From Podarcis pityusensis (lineage: Eukaryota), in NCBI GenBank assembly GCA_964106645.2, contig OZ067041.1: a stretch of 64,000 nucleotides of DNA. One strand, given 5' to 3'. Position 1 is the first letter of the stretch, and every line of letters starts with the position of its first letter. The notes beneath the pieces are model-generated. The model did no database searches. It saw only the letters and a program-made list of their open reading frames with translations, and had not been told where the DNA came from. Of the stretch, positions 26,959-40,013 are shown piece by piece. A program made the translations under genes and the position numbers.

Positions 26959-28201
26959 TATATATATTTCTACTGTGTCAGATCAACACGGCTACCTACC
27001 TGAATCTACCTCAGAGAGCTGTTGTGAAGCTAAAATGGGAGGGGCCATGCAAACTATTTTGAACTTATAAAGATGGAATATAAATGTAATAAATAAGATA
27101 ATAAAAAGTAAATTAAATAAATAAATTGTCTCTCTTTCACACACACTCACCCTTATGTACATATTCCTGTAAAGTATGGTGGTGATGCTTCTTTGATCTC
27201 CTACTTTTGGCTGTGTGACTAGGCTCATCTGCTTTGCCACACCAAGCCTTCGCTGCAATAAGATCATTCCTTCACGACATGTCAGCTTTTATTTATTTAT
27301 ACTTCTGATTCTTGAAAGTGGCTTTGTCTCTTAAGTTTAGCTTTAGGGAGGAAGAAGTCTGTTATGACATGAACAAAGCAAAAAGACACACTCACCTTGC
27401 CGAATAGTTATAATCATGTCTTCTGCTGAGAACAGAAAGAATTAACAAGAATGCAATCTGTTAACAATCAGGTAGATTGGGTTTAATGTTTCTAATCATC
27501 TCCTTTCCACAATTGTTTGTGGCATATTGAATCTGAATGAAGGGAATAATTTAAGGGGATGTTTTCTGTTTTGTTGTGTTTACAATATATGTGAAAAGGC
27601 TGCCCTCTTCTGACAGAAGAGCTTTAATTTGTTAAAAAGGAATCATTCTCTTTCATTGTATAATTTGTACTTTGGAGTCCATGTTTTATTATCCATATAA
27701 TTTTGTATGGAATAAAACATTTTAAAATAAATGGGTATATTTGGGGGCAGGGACCTCCCCTCCCCTGTGCATTGTGAGAACTTTCTTACTGTCTTCTTTT
27801 AACTGTTCTCTGAGGCATTTGGTACTAAATACACAGAATAAAACACATGTATGTTTTGTTCCCAAGAATATCCATCCCTGGATTAAAAGACCAGTGCCAT
27901 ATAAACTGCTTTGGATCAGACCACAGGCCTCTCTAGCCCAGCATTCTGCTCTCACTGGCCATCTAAACACTCTTCAAATCCTACACACAATAGCACCTGG
28001 TATTCAGAGGTATAATATGACCATTATGACAAGTAGCTTCGATATTCTTATCCTCCACGGATATGTCCCCTTCCAAAGCCATTTAATCTGGCGGCCATTG
28101 CCACATCTTGTGGTAGTGAATCCCTTCACTGTGTGAAGAAATACTTCCTAAGAAGAAGAGGAGTCCTGCTGAAGTGGAGGTCAACAGGGTTTCAGGGAAA
28201 G

Positions 28202-28371
28202 GAGAGGCATAGGAAGGGGGGCAGGGGGCGGACTGCCCCTGGTGTCATCACTGAGGGGGGTGACATTTGGCATGCCACCCACCCACGATTCCCAAGCCTA
28301 TCCCGAGCTGATGATGGGGGGGGTGACAAAATATTCTGCACCTGGTACCACCTGACCTTGCTACGCCTCTG
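28202..28371. mobile_element. hAT MITE related to 2800-3078
   Basis: TIR (G)AGAGGCATAG/CTACGCCTCTG; perfect 8-bp TSD AGGGAAAG; shared TGTCATC.CTGAGGGGG.TGACA subterminal. Confidence 0.82.
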
Positions 28372-29020
28372 AGGGAAAGAATTCCTTTTGTGTGAGTGGA
28401 AGTCTATTTCCCTTGCAGACAGATGCAGTTGGATGTCACTTGATATAAACCTGTTCTCACAGTGGTCAACTAGATGTGAATGGGAAACCCAGAGGTAGGA
28501 TCTGAGGGTGACAGCACTGTCTCTTGTGAGACAGCACTTGTGATTTCCAGCAACTGCTATACAAAGGTATCCTTCCTTCAACAGTGAATGTAGAACTCCC
28601 TCTTGCTTTTGCTGAATCTTCCATCATTCAGCTTCATTAGATACTGGTACTAGTATTATGAAAGACAAAGAAGATCTTCTATCCAATTTTGCCACACCCT
28701 GCATAATTTTGTGGACCTTTATTATGTCCCCTCCCTCCTTCCATGTTCATTTTGATCATTATTCCTTTTGTTTAGAATGGTGGCCATCCAGAAGTGTCTG
28801 GGAGCTCATGAATATAGCACGGAAGTAGTGATCACCCCCTGCTGTTTAGCTCCAGTTAACCATCTCCTTAAATATCAAATTCTATTCTTAAAGTATATTA
28901 AAAAGCTGCAATCATGTCTCAAAGAAGTGAGGAAGCCACTTCTCCAGCTTGTTGTAACCAAAGACAGAATAGATCAAACCACTCAAACATCGTGCTTCTT
29001 TAAAGAACACATTACAAGTA

Positions 29021-29376
29021 CAGTGGTGCCTCGCAAGACGAAATTAATTCATTCCGCGAGTTTTGTCGTCTTGCGATTTTTTTCGTCTTGCGAAGCACGG
29101 TGTCGGGAAAGTTTTGGAAAAGCTTCAAAAATCACCAAAGTCTTTAAAAACCTCAAAAAAGGCTACCACACCGCGTTCTATGTGTTGCTCCTCGAAGTCA
29201 AGTCGCAACTGTATTAACGGTGTTAAGAAAAAGGAAACAAACTTGCAAGACGTTTCCGTCTTGCGAAGCAAGCCCATAGGGAAAAATCGTCTTGCGAAGC
29301 AGCTCAAAAAACAAAAAACCCTTTCGTCTAGCGAGTTTTTTGTCTTGCGAGGCATTCGTCTTGCGAGGTACCACTG
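29021..29376. mobile_element. Tc1/mariner MITE, family B
   Basis: TIR CAGTGGTGCCTCGCAAGACGAA..TTCGTCTTGCGAGGTACCACTG, TA TSD, repeated GTCTTGCGA subterminal motifs. Confidence 0.88.
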
Positions 29377-29389
29377 TATTGCTTTAGAG

Positions 29390-29524
29390 CAGGCATAGGC
29401 AAACTCTGCCCTCCAGATGTTTTGAGATTACAATTCCTATCATCCATGACCACTGTTCCTGTTAGCTAGGGATGATAGGAGTTGTAGTCCCAAAACATCT
29501 GGAGGGCCAAGTTTGCCTTTGCCT
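29390..29524. mobile_element. Palindromic hAT/Charlie-like MITE (relatives at ~36301-36435, ~44890-45010, ~50863-50960)
   Basis: CAGGCATAGGCAAACT..CCCTCCAGATGTTTTG / CAAAACATCTGGAGGG..AGTTTGCCT long inverted arms. Confidence 0.7.
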
Positions 29525-32088
29525 TAGAGAACGCTCATAATGAAAGTCATGTTTGAGCAGAATTTCCAATGTTATATTTTAAACAGCTCTGTGGCTGTTT
29601 TGAATGGTACTGTCTGACACATAAGAGGAGAGGAGACCTCTCCTCTTATCAGGTAAGACTTCTCCCATGACTGCGAAGCTTACACAGGAATCTTTCTAAA
29701 GAGTTAAAAGGGCAGTGACAGTCCTGAAAGGCACCAGCTACCTGCTCCCTGGCTCACATCCCCTATATATACTGAGGATTGAATCCAGAAGGTAGATCTC
29801 TATAAGTGAGAGTGGTGAAAATAAAGCAGCAGCCAGAGTCTAGTTGATAGTGATCCACCTATTAAGGTGCCTGATCATACTAACTGTTGATGTTAGGCAT
29901 AGGGTATTGTGTGTTTTGTTTTGTTTTACCCCTAAAGCCTTTTTATGAACACAGTGTGACTCTTTGGGAAATAAATTCTGGTTCATGTGCTGTGTGCAGC
30001 AAAATGAGCTATGACCTGGCATGATACAATCATGCCAGACAGTTTACTATGCATCACTCCTTGAAATGAAGAGTGTAGGAGCATAATTATCCTAATATAT
30101 CTCATGTTATGCTTAATTCCCTTTCAATGCCAGTTAACACTCATCAACCAAAGAATGAGCTTCATTCATAACTCTTGTGAAACTTTTTGTTCTCTTTCCG
30201 CTGTAACAAAACATAGATTTGTCTAAGACTATATTTTGACTCTTTTTTAAAAAATTGCGGGTGAGGGGGGAGATTTTGGCATAATAAATTTACTTGCAAT
30301 AATATTGTCGTATATGTCCCTTTCCACTTCCCTTGTAAAATGTTAAATATAAATCACTGCCACAATCTTCCCAAGCCCTTTAGCATATGGAAGCAGAACA
30401 GGTTTAAGTACTTTTCTGCAAATAAGTGCTAATGAGGTCTCTTCGTTATTGCTGCAACAAACTAGCTACAGATTCTACATTTACTCCAGGGATATACTGT
30501 CTTCAGATGAGCAAACACCTTCCATTATGGCTAAAATGGAACTAAACTTCATTTTAAAAAAAAATCAATTAAGAATTAGGGCTGCTGCCAAATTCCAGTT
30601 GTGCTACAGATAGGGTTGAGGTTTTTGATCCTAAGCTTTGTGGTCTGGAATTTCAGCAAAGATGGGACAAATTCCGAGTACTCTCCACACTTCCATTTGG
30701 CTCTGCTCCTGGGCTATGCATTGTGATTCTACCTGCCTCTGAAGAGATAAGAAAGTCAAATCTTCATCGTTCAAAACCCACACCATGTTCTGTAGAGGAG
30801 GGCTGCATACAATATTGCAACAGCAACAAAAGGTTGCCCATAGGAAGCCTGTTGCCACAGCAACACGCTAATATATAAGCACACTTCCCACATTATCATA
30901 GCTAAGTAGCATTAAGATGCCACAAGACTAAAGTGAGCATATGTAAGTCACAGCCCAACATTCAAATTTATTGCTCATATCATTGCCCTCCTCCTGATCA
31001 CACCCACCAACCATTACAGAAGCTCTGGTCACATCAACACCATATGTTTAATGGTCATATCAATACCATATCTTTAAAGCATTTTTCTACCACTTTAAAC
31101 AGTCATGGCTTCCCCCAAACTGTGATTTGTTTAGGGTGCTGACAGTTGTTTGGGATGCCTCTATTCCCCTTACAGAGCTATGATTTCCAGAGTTCCCCAT
31201 GAAGAGGAATTCATTATTAAACCACTCTGGGAATGGTAGCTCAGGGAGTGAGTGTGGGATGGACGGACATGAGTCTCTTAACAACTTTCAACACCTTAAA
31301 CAAACTACAACTCCCAAAATTCCACATTCCTGAAAAAATGTACTTCAAGTGTGCTCCATTAAATGTATCACATTTTAAGTAGCAACTTGCACACCGCTTG
31401 AAATAAACAAATCTTTATTAAATGTACATTAAAATCATAATATTCACATGCTGAAGAATATATGAGTCCCTGTTAGATGCCTGTTTAGGAACTGCAGACA
31501 TGGTGGGCTAACTGGAACATACAGGCTGGTCTAGGGGACAGAAACTCCAGGCCTCTTTCTCCCTGGCCATTAGGACTCCCTGCAGGACACATTCCCTCTT
31601 CCCCGAACACACTTTTTACTGGCCTTGCACTGCACCCTCCTCTTGCCTGTGGCCCTCAGGCTGGAAAAGGTTTCCTATCCTTGAACAGTGGACATATCCT
31701 CCAGCTGGGTGAACAGCCAGAGTCTATGGCTGGCATGTGCACTGGCAATTAGGGGAAAGGAATTAGCTTATGCATTCCACATAGCACCTTTATGCATTCC
31801 ATATCTATGGGTTTCAAACACCTGAAAGGGGCTAAACTTTTGCTTCTTTGTCTGGTTTTAATCATTTCTAATATCCCAAAGTAGCAACTTGATCCATTTT
31901 ATAGTCTCAAGTTTAGCTGGCTTTTGTGAGGCTGTGGTCTCCAATGTGCACAATGTGGTTCTCTCCACCAACAAGGCCTTTTCCAATAATGCACAGACCC
32001 AAAGAATAATCTCAGCGATCTTATCTTCCTGATTTCTGGCACTACCACATTTGCTGTTAAAAGCCGTTACATTTGTCTAACATACAGT

Positions 32089-32226
32089 CACAGAATAATA
32101 GAATTGTAGAGATGGAAGTGACCACGAGGGTCATATAGTCCAACCCCCTTGCAATGCAGGAATCTTTTGCTCAACGAGAGACTTGAACCCACAACCCTGA
32201 GATTAAAAGTCTCATCCTCTACCGAC
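32089..32226 (-). mobile_element. tRNA-Lys-headed SINE with CR1-type tail
   Basis: Minus strand GTCGGTAGAGGATGAGACTTTTAATCTCAGGGTTGTGGGTTCAAG resembles tRNA-Lys; followed by ATTCCTGCATTGCAAGGGGGTTGGACTA..CTACAATTCTA. Confidence 0.75.
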
Positions 32227-33154
32227 ATGAAATTTATTGTGGGGGAAAAGGGGGAATCCATTCAATGTTAGCCATGTCAGAATATGAGCTCATCGCAGCT
32301 GCAGACATCTAGCTTGTTGATATCATGTGATGGAGCTGACTGTGGGAAACAGCGTTCCAGTCAGATCACAGGGCAGTTTACCGGAAATTGCTCAGAGTGT
32401 AATTTGAGACTTTCCTCTTGTGATTGTACAGGAAGTCTTACTCACTTGTTTGCCGATGTCTGAAGTGAGCAGACACGTTTTATGTGATGCTGAAGAGTCA
32501 GAAATAAAACCATATAAATAGATGCTTCTGACTATCTCTTTCCCCTGCCGGGGGAGCAGGAAAGAGTGGGTGTGCTCTTCCCACGCTGGGAAGGGTCGCC
32601 TATAGAGACCTAGCCTGAGTTTGCTGGGGAATGTAGCCAGGGAGGTCATCGGAACTCAAGCCGGGTGCCTGGGAGGGTTGCCAGCTTCTCCCGATAGAGG
32701 CTTGAATTCCAACAAGCCATACTCAGAAAAGACCCACTGAAATTCATGGAAATGTGCATTAATTTCAGTGGATCCACTATGAGCACAACTTAGCTGGATA
32801 CAACCCAATGTTTTCATGTGCTTTGCTAAGCACATAGGGATGAAATTATAATTTCAATGGGACATCAGCAGCATTGTGTGCAAGACAGTAGTCTAAGTCT
32901 ACACAGAATATGATTCACAGTATCGATTTTCCTCTTGTTAATTAGAAATTGATTGCTGGTAGCATACACATCTTTATGCATCAAAATTATTTGATTTTCT
33001 TGTAGCAGTTCGCTGATCCTTAATCTGAGCCATAATCTTTGAAAGTTCAACCTTCTTGAAGGGAGCAAGTTTAACTCTATGCCACTTCTCGGTGCTGTCT
33101 GTGCTTAATGCACGCAGGCAGGTTTGAAAGATGCTATTGTTTCACACTTCAATA

Positions 33155-33230
33155 TCAATGGCATGGAATAGGTCTGAAGGTCATTTCAATATTTTCCAGC
33201 AGAACAAAATCATACCTACATAGCTGAATC
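33155..33230 (-). CDS. LIPI: LIPI coding exon 10 (IQLCRYDFVLLENIEMTFRPIPCH*)
   Basis: Acceptor ctacag|G; LCRYD motif typical of the LIPH/LIPI C-terminus; TGA at 33157-33155. Confidence 0.9.
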
Positions 33231-33338
33231 CTGTAGACAGAAAAGTGAGGTAATATATTATCAATAGAAAGACTACCTAATCTATTTTGTTTTGTTTTGA
33301 AGATGCTTTTGAAAAATGCACTGCTCTCCACCCATATA

Positions 33339-33791
33339 CCGTATTTTTCGCCCTATAGGACGCACTTTTTCCCCTCCAAAAATGAAGGGGAAATCTGTGT
33401 GCATCCTATGGGGCGAATGCAGGCTTTCGCTGAAGCGTGGAGAGCGAGAGGGGTCGGTGCGCACCGACCCCTCTCGCTCTCCAGGCTTCAGGAAGCTATC
33501 AGCAAGCCTGGGGAGCCCGCAGGAGTTCCCGCAGGGCTCCCTAGGCTGCGGATAGCAGCCTGCTTGCCCGGAGCACGGGGCGTGCCGAAGCAGAGCGCCC
33601 CGCGCTTTGGGCAGACATCCGCAGCCTGCTGCCCGGAGCGCGGGGCGCGCTGAAACAGAGCGTCCCGCGCTTCGGGCAGATATCCGCGGCTGGGGGAGGA
33701 ATAAAATTTTTTTCCTTTATTTCCCCCCCCCCCCAAAAAAAACCTAGGTGCGTCCTATGGGCCGGTGCGTCCTATAGGGCGAAAAATACAG
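33339..33791. mobile_element. Tc1/mariner MITE related to family C, with GC-rich palindromic interior
   Basis: TIR CCGTATTTTTCGCCCTATAGGACGCA..TGCGTCCTATAGGGCGAAAAATACAG, TA TSD. Confidence 0.88.
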
Positions 33792-35638
33792 TAACTACAT
33801 ACCATAACTAAATTGGAAGATGTCTTCATTCCAGCCTCAGAAAGGCAAGAAAACTCCCTATTCCATATATTTGAGGATGACACATAACAGCTAGGCACTG
33901 TGTTTGACCTCTGAAAAGGGTTTTTTTTTTTTTGCCATCTTCAGGTCTTCCTCTTTGTTCAGTCTCACACTTGGTACCACTGTACTCCATTTTGAACTGC
34001 ACTACAGATTTCAGCCTGTTTCTTAATTGCAACCTTCCCTCAGACTGCTTTCCTATATTTAGCAGTTGTCCACCTTTTGCACCAGAGGCCCCCTATTTGC
34101 AAAATTGTCACCTTCAAATCCTCTATTAATAGGATGCAGCTCCTATCTATTCCCCTTCTGCTTCCCTTTTCCATACTAAGCCACACACAGACCTGCTAGA
34201 TTATATAGTGCATGCTCACTTGCCTATTTAAAGCACTTTTACATATAATGTATGTAGTATTAGGAGGCTCTTAATCCTGCAAACTACTTAGAAGCCACCT
34301 AGGCTTTGAATTTTTTTACCTGAGCCTTCTTTTATTATTCTAATTAAAGGTGTCAGTTCTCAGGGATACTTGTTGGTTTAAACTCTCAAATGATCCCCCC
34401 ATGTATTCAAACTGAGCTTCTGAGTGGTCACTGGAAGGTCAGCCAGCATGCACAATGGCAGTGCAATTCCATGTATCCACCCCCCCCCCGGGTTCTACCA
34501 TGATTTTTAAGATCACCTGGGAATGTTCTCCTAAATACACCACAAATGGGCCAAATCAAGATGACAAGGATGTGCAGGGAGGAGTTGTTTTATATATCAA
34601 TTTTTTTCATAATGCTGCACCTGCACTGTACAATTGGAGAGCTGATCCACATTACTATTTTTTGAGGTGTTGATAGTCAGCTCAAACATTTCCCACCAAT
34701 ATTTGCATAGCGAAGTGTTCTTGGGGAAACGCCTCTTCCACAAAGCACTCACAAAAAGGAGTCATGTGACCTGACGGTCCTTTCCTCAAGGCTTTTTTTC
34801 CAAGTACATTGTGGTGAGAGAGGGAGGTTGTGTTAGCTCTTCCTCCAGTGCCTTTCCGCTTTGTACTTGATACTGTTGGCAGATCACAAATTAATATAAT
34901 TTTTGGAGCATTATTCTTTCATGCCTGTGCAATTCCTTATCTATTTTTGTTCTAATTTAATTAACATTTAGAGCTTGGTTAAGTACTGTTGTTTTTAACA
35001 TATCTCTGAGTGTTTATGCAATTACAGTAATGATGAATAACTACAGAAGCCATATGTGTGTGTTCACATCAATTTCACATATTTTACCCAACTGCAAGAC
35101 GCAATTATGCAATTATAGCTTATGATTGTGTAATAAGGAACTTTGTGCAATGTAATAATTCAATTGTCATTCCAGCCAGACTTGCATAATTGTATATGAG
35201 CAACAACAACAAAACATACACACACAATACAAATCACATAATATACACTTAAATAAGTTAAATAAGTATATAAATAAGTTCACCTGCTGTCCATATGAAG
35301 CATATACAGAACTAAAATCTTAGTGGTCACAATCCAATGCACACTTAAGTGTCACTGAAATGAATGGAATTTAGGTATGTCTAATTCTCTGCTGGATTGT
35401 GGCCAATGAATTCATGCCTGAAGCAAGTAATAGTTAGGACTAAAGAAAGTCTAGTGGAGTATACAAAATGCTGTGCAGAATGCAAAGGTAATTGGCTAAG
35501 GAAATTATTTTTCGAGCAGTCACAGCTCCCCCTACCATGACCTGAGCCTGGCTGTGAGGTTTAGAATGAAACCCTGGCCCAAGACGGCATTAACAAATAT
35601 GTACAATCTTCCCTTTTTGTATTATTATCCCACCATAC

Positions 35639-36149
35639 TGTAAAAGGATTTGTTGTTGGTTTAGATGTTGCCGGTAGGTCCCAAACAAGCCTGTTATGCA
35701 GTATTTGTGAGATGGGGGTCGCAGTAGACTGGGGACCTGCTGAACTAGTCAAACCAGACTCTTTGTAAGCTAATGACACCAGCTAGGGCCAGCTAAGCAA
35801 CCTGATTAGAATCTAAAAGAGCAGGCCATGTTGCTATGAAGACAACTGAGAGGTGGTGTTCTTCAGGAGGGAGTAGGCATCTTTCCCCAGCCCCCCACTT
35901 AGTTCCAGCAACATCATATTGTAAGTAGGAGAACTATAGCAGAGTTAGTGCATGTTTGGCTGGAAACTGGAGAGAAGGACTTGACTTCCTTGCTGTGCTG
36001 AATGAGCCCTTCAATCCTGTGTTCCACTCAAATATATGTTCAAATAAAACCAGATATCCACTAACCTTCATTCCAAGGAAGCGGAACCCCAGGTGAGTGT
36101 TGGAACCTCTAGAGTCCCTCACTACTCAGAGATGGGGGTGCATGCAGCA
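35639..36149 (+). mobile_element. Older solo LTR in LIPI intron 9
   Basis: TG...CA termini with 4-bp TSD ATAC (35635-38 and 36150-53); AATAAA at 36043-48 near the 3' end. Confidence 0.55.
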
Positions 36150-36859
36150 ATACTCTCACTGACCACTTGCACAGTCTTTAGCTTGGTGTTGCAGCTCAGC
36201 TGCCTGTTATGCATGTGCATGCATGTGCACATACTACTCTGATGGCATGGGGGCTATTCATTTCAATACTATTCTCATACTACCTAACCACCCTCTACTG
36301 CAGGGCGTAAGAAACTGTGGCTCTCAGGGTGCTGCTGGACTACAACTCCCATCATCCCTGACCATAGGCCATCCTAGCTGGGGCTCATGGGATTTGGAGT
36401 CCAATAGCATCTGGATGACTGCAGGTTCCCTGCCATTGTTCTACAGCACCCCATGGTCCATGCTGTTATTGAGCAGAAGACCTTGATGGGCTGCTCAGCT
36501 ATCTTTTTTGAAATTTCTGCTCCAAGTCCAATCAGGTTATAGTCATGTTGTCCTATTGCCATTGTGCAACATGCTCCCAATAACTTGTTCCCTGGCCCAT
36601 TTGTATAAAATTTCTCCACCTTTCAGTCATCTCCTGATCCTCGTAAGAACTATGTGCTAAAGAGCATTATAAAAGGAAGAATTCTGCAGCTGAAATCAAA
36701 GTTAGATCTCATACAAACTGCTACGGTCCTCTGCTTATAAGGTTGGCATTATTAACAGTCATGTTAAGGACTATACATAATAAGGTGTTCACACAGAGGC
36801 TTCCAAATAAGGCAATCAATACAGGTTTTGTTAGGTTGCAAGAAAAACTATATACTTAC

Positions 36860-37033
36860 CTTTGGGGATCTGAAAGAGATTTTAATCTCATTTGGAGGAC
36901 CCTAAGCTTGTACTTGGGGCCTATTGCATTCCTTGTAGAAAATGTCATGGCTATTTTGGATACATTGTCAAAATCCACGTCAAATCCAGCAAGCAAATGG
37001 GCTTGTCTATATTGGTGAAATGCAGCTGCTCCG
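36860..37033 (-). CDS. LIPI: LIPI coding exon 9 (SGAAAFHQYRQAHLLAGFDVDFDNVSKIAMTFSTRNAIGPKYKLRVLQMRLKSLSDPQR)
   Basis: Acceptor ccttag|C, donor AG|GTAAGT; 174 nt, phase 2-2. Confidence 0.92.
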
Positions 37034-37683
37034 CTAAGGAGATATCAGGACACATTATTAGTTCAACACCTATTCTGCGTCTTTACAACTTGTGGCTCTG
37101 CAAACCAAACACAGCCTCCCACCCATGTCTGCCAGCTGATAATCCTTGCTTGTTGCAAGGATTGCAATCCCAGGCAGGCAGCAAAAATAGCCAGTCTTCT
37201 GAGCCTGGCCTGAGTGGTGGTGAAGAAAGACATTTAAAATAGAGGGGCATCAGCAGATGGGGGAAATGTCAAGCATCCTGTATATTCATTCTCAACTAGG
37301 CATGCTTTCTCATACACACGTAATCAATAAGAGAAAAACACCAGTTATGTTCTTGGCGTTCCTTATATGCCTGGCATTATTTCCTAGCTTTGAACCTGCC
37401 ATATTTATTGGAACAAAGCCAGGTTGCAAACTCATCAACACTAATAAGACATGCTTATTTTTCTTTAGGCCAGCACCTTTGCCATTGCATCACACTGATT
37501 AAAAGACAAAACAGACACAAATATTTGTATTTTGCAGTGTTTCTATATATTTATCTTCAAACTGGCACTTCATTCCAAATGCAATTTACTGGGAAATAAG
37601 TATCACTTATCTCAATGGGACTTAGGTATACTTATGGCTGAAGTGACTTCTATAAAGAAAAGATTGACTAAAATAAGACCCAC

Positions 37684-37795
37684 CTATTAATTTTGGATTC
37701 TGTTGTATTTCCAGCATCATCTGTTACTTTGATGTTTATGAAACCTCTCCTACTATTTCTGTTCCAGGTAATAATATCCACAGAGTAATGATACA
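37684..37795 (-). CDS. LIPI: LIPI coding exon 8 ([37 protein letters not shown])
   Basis: Acceptor ccttcag|TG, donor AG|GTGGGT; 112 nt; start of the C-terminal PLAT-like domain. Confidence 0.93.
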
Positions 37796-37943
37796 CTGAA
37801 GGGAGAGGAGGAAAGAAAGGTAACTTAATGCAATAAAATATTGTGCTCAGCAAAAAATAACCTCAGCTACCCTTCCCCAAGTGGTGCTATGGCCAGGGAT
37901 TTCAGTTTGAGAGCACTCTTGAGACTTGTGATCTCTTTGCATA

Positions 37944-38169
37944 CAGTGGTAACTCGGGTTAAGTACTTAATTCGTTCCAGAGGTCCGTTCTTAACCTGAA
38001 ACTGTTCTTAATCTGAAGCACCACTTTAGCTAATGTGGCCTCCTGCTGCTGCCGTGCCGCCGGAGCACGATTTCTGTTCTCATCCTGAAGCAAAGTTCTT
38101 AACCTGAGGTACTATTTCTGGGTTAGCGGAGTCTGTAACCTGAAGCATATGTAACCCGAGGTACCACTG
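37944..38169 (+). mobile_element. Tc1/mariner MITE, family A
   Basis: Near-identical to 14443-14683; TA TSD. Confidence 0.9.
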
Positions 38170-39253
38170 TATTTGTAAAGGAAACATACACTGCAAACAT
38201 AGCATAGTAGAAGCAAATAGTGTCCGGTGGCAGGCATCCAAACCACTGATCTTGCCTTCAATTCCCAGAGAGCAACATGAACTTCTTCAACCCCCAAGCT
38301 GCATCCGGTTCAGCCAGAGTTCAAAACCATCTGTTCTGTACCTAGCTCCCCATCTCCAAACTGTCCCTCCCTCAGATTTTGATGGGTGAAAAAAAAATCA
38401 GACTATTAAGTGCCATTAAAATCCCTTTGTTGTGTAAACACCAATCAAGATTGCCGAGAGAGAGAAAAGATAACAATAGGTCCATGCTAACTGAGAAAGC
38501 AAAACTAAATGTTTGAAGCATTGTATTGTTGTAATATTGTATTACAGAATGTAGGTCTAATATCTGTGATTTTAATACTATCAAAGGCACTTAATATTAA
38601 GTTAGATGGTTTTAAAATGCTAGTATTCAGCTCATGATGTGGTGGTGTTTTATGCTTACTATGCATATTGTAAATGGGTGCCATTGCCATTCTAAGAGAA
38701 CAAGGGAGAAGTTCATGGTGAGCTTTGGCACCTCTTTTTCTAGAAAAATAGCACTGGTTATATGTACAAGAAATACTGTGGCGATGATACTGTAATCCCC
38801 CAAATCCCTGTTTCAGACTCCATGTAGCATGCAAGGATTGGCTGACACACATCAAATTCTCAAATTTTCAAACCCACAGAAATGTGAGCATCTGAAAATC
38901 ACATTGACATAACAAATCATGATGCAATGCATTGGAGCAAGCACCTAGCTAACTTGCTTCTCTTTCTTTGTAATTCTTAAATTAATATTTTTTTCTGATT
39001 ATCCAATGCAAATCCAGCTGAATCTCATTTCCAGCTCATTTGTCATCTTTTACCAGGTGCCCAGATAATTTCCTGTTTTCAGCGTTTTCCCCTTCCTACA
39101 CATAGATCTTCTGAGCATAAACAATACAGCAACAGAGAACGAAGTTTCATCAAGAGTGTGCCATGCTATCTGTACAGCAAAAAGCGGTTTGTTCATAATG
39201 TTATTAGATAATGAAAACTGGAGAAAGGGTACAGAGAATGGTTAATCACTTAC

Positions 39254-39349
39254 TGCAGAATGGGTCTTTGTCTGAAGTATCAAAGTAAGCTCTTGTCACA
39301 GGAGGGTTCTTTTCAATTAAACGGTCCTTCCACTTATCAGCATAATAAC
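39254..39349 (-). CDS. LIPI: LIPI coding exon 7 (GYYADKWKDRLIEKNPPVTRAYFDTSDKDPFC)
   Basis: Acceptor tttcag|GT, donor A|GTAAGT; 96 nt. Confidence 0.93.
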
Positions 39350-40013
39350 CTGAAATTTAAATTGGAATGTGTTCAGCAGAAAATTAACAAACAAAGAAAA
39401 GATAAAAATCATGAAGATTGGTTTTTGTTATATAACGTTCTGGGAAATCAAAACTAACATCAGCTCATAAGAACTTAGACTCAAGTAATGCACGCTGAGT
39501 TCTATTCAGTGGCGTAGCGTGGGGGGTGCCAGGGGTGCCGGCCGCACCGGGCGCAACTTCTGGGGGGGCGCGCTCGCTGCCTCCGGAATCGCCCAGAGCC
39601 CCATGGCAGCGGCTCTCAGCGCTCGCTGCGGAAGGCGCGCCAGGCAGCCCCTCCTCACCGACGGGCAGCGTTCGCCTGCGGGGCTCGGCCAGCGCGCAGG
39701 GCTGGCCGCATGGAGTTGCCGGGGAGCCGCCGCCGCCTGCCATGCCGCCCTGGCTGCTTCAGCCGCGTCCGACAGCCGGCTCGAGGCTCCTTCCGGCCAG
39801 GTCTCCCGATGGGGTGCTGCGGGCGGAGGCTTCGGCACCAAGCGCCACGCCGCCCACCCGCCCCGACGGGGCCCGCCCACCCGCGCCGGAGGCTGGCCAA
39901 CCCACTGGCCCCAGAGGCGCCCCCTCCCCGCGCCAGAAAGAAGCCGCGTCAGGGCTAGCCGGGCCGGGGAGGGAGACCGAGAAGGCTGCGCCGCAACGCC
40001 CAAAGACGCTGTG

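Larger units (their letters stand above)
26010..27005 (-). mobile_element. Truncated Penelope-like retroelement with GIY-YIG endonuclease remnant and inverted pseudo-LTRs
   Basis: Minus-strand ORF 26241-26545 reads YAIKCQQCPSALYIGQT...R..EREVAE...GLN (GIY-YIG). ~140-bp inverted repeat 26010-26152 vs 26546-26688. Flanking direct repeat CTACCTCAGAGA at 26003 and 27006. Confidence 0.85.

Noticed and set aside
28768-29398. 149-aa and 111-aa ORFs
   Set aside because: They run through a non-coding MITE and have no recognisable domain or splice context.
31414-32238. LIPI poly(A) signal (minus-strand AATAAA at ~31419-14 or ~32238-33)
   Set aside because: Cannot choose between candidates without transcript data.
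1-33000. Protein-coding host gene among the many 60-150-aa ORFs
   Set aside because: None shows a recognisable non-TE domain or coherent exon chain; small exons of a long gene or lncRNA cannot be excluded by eye.
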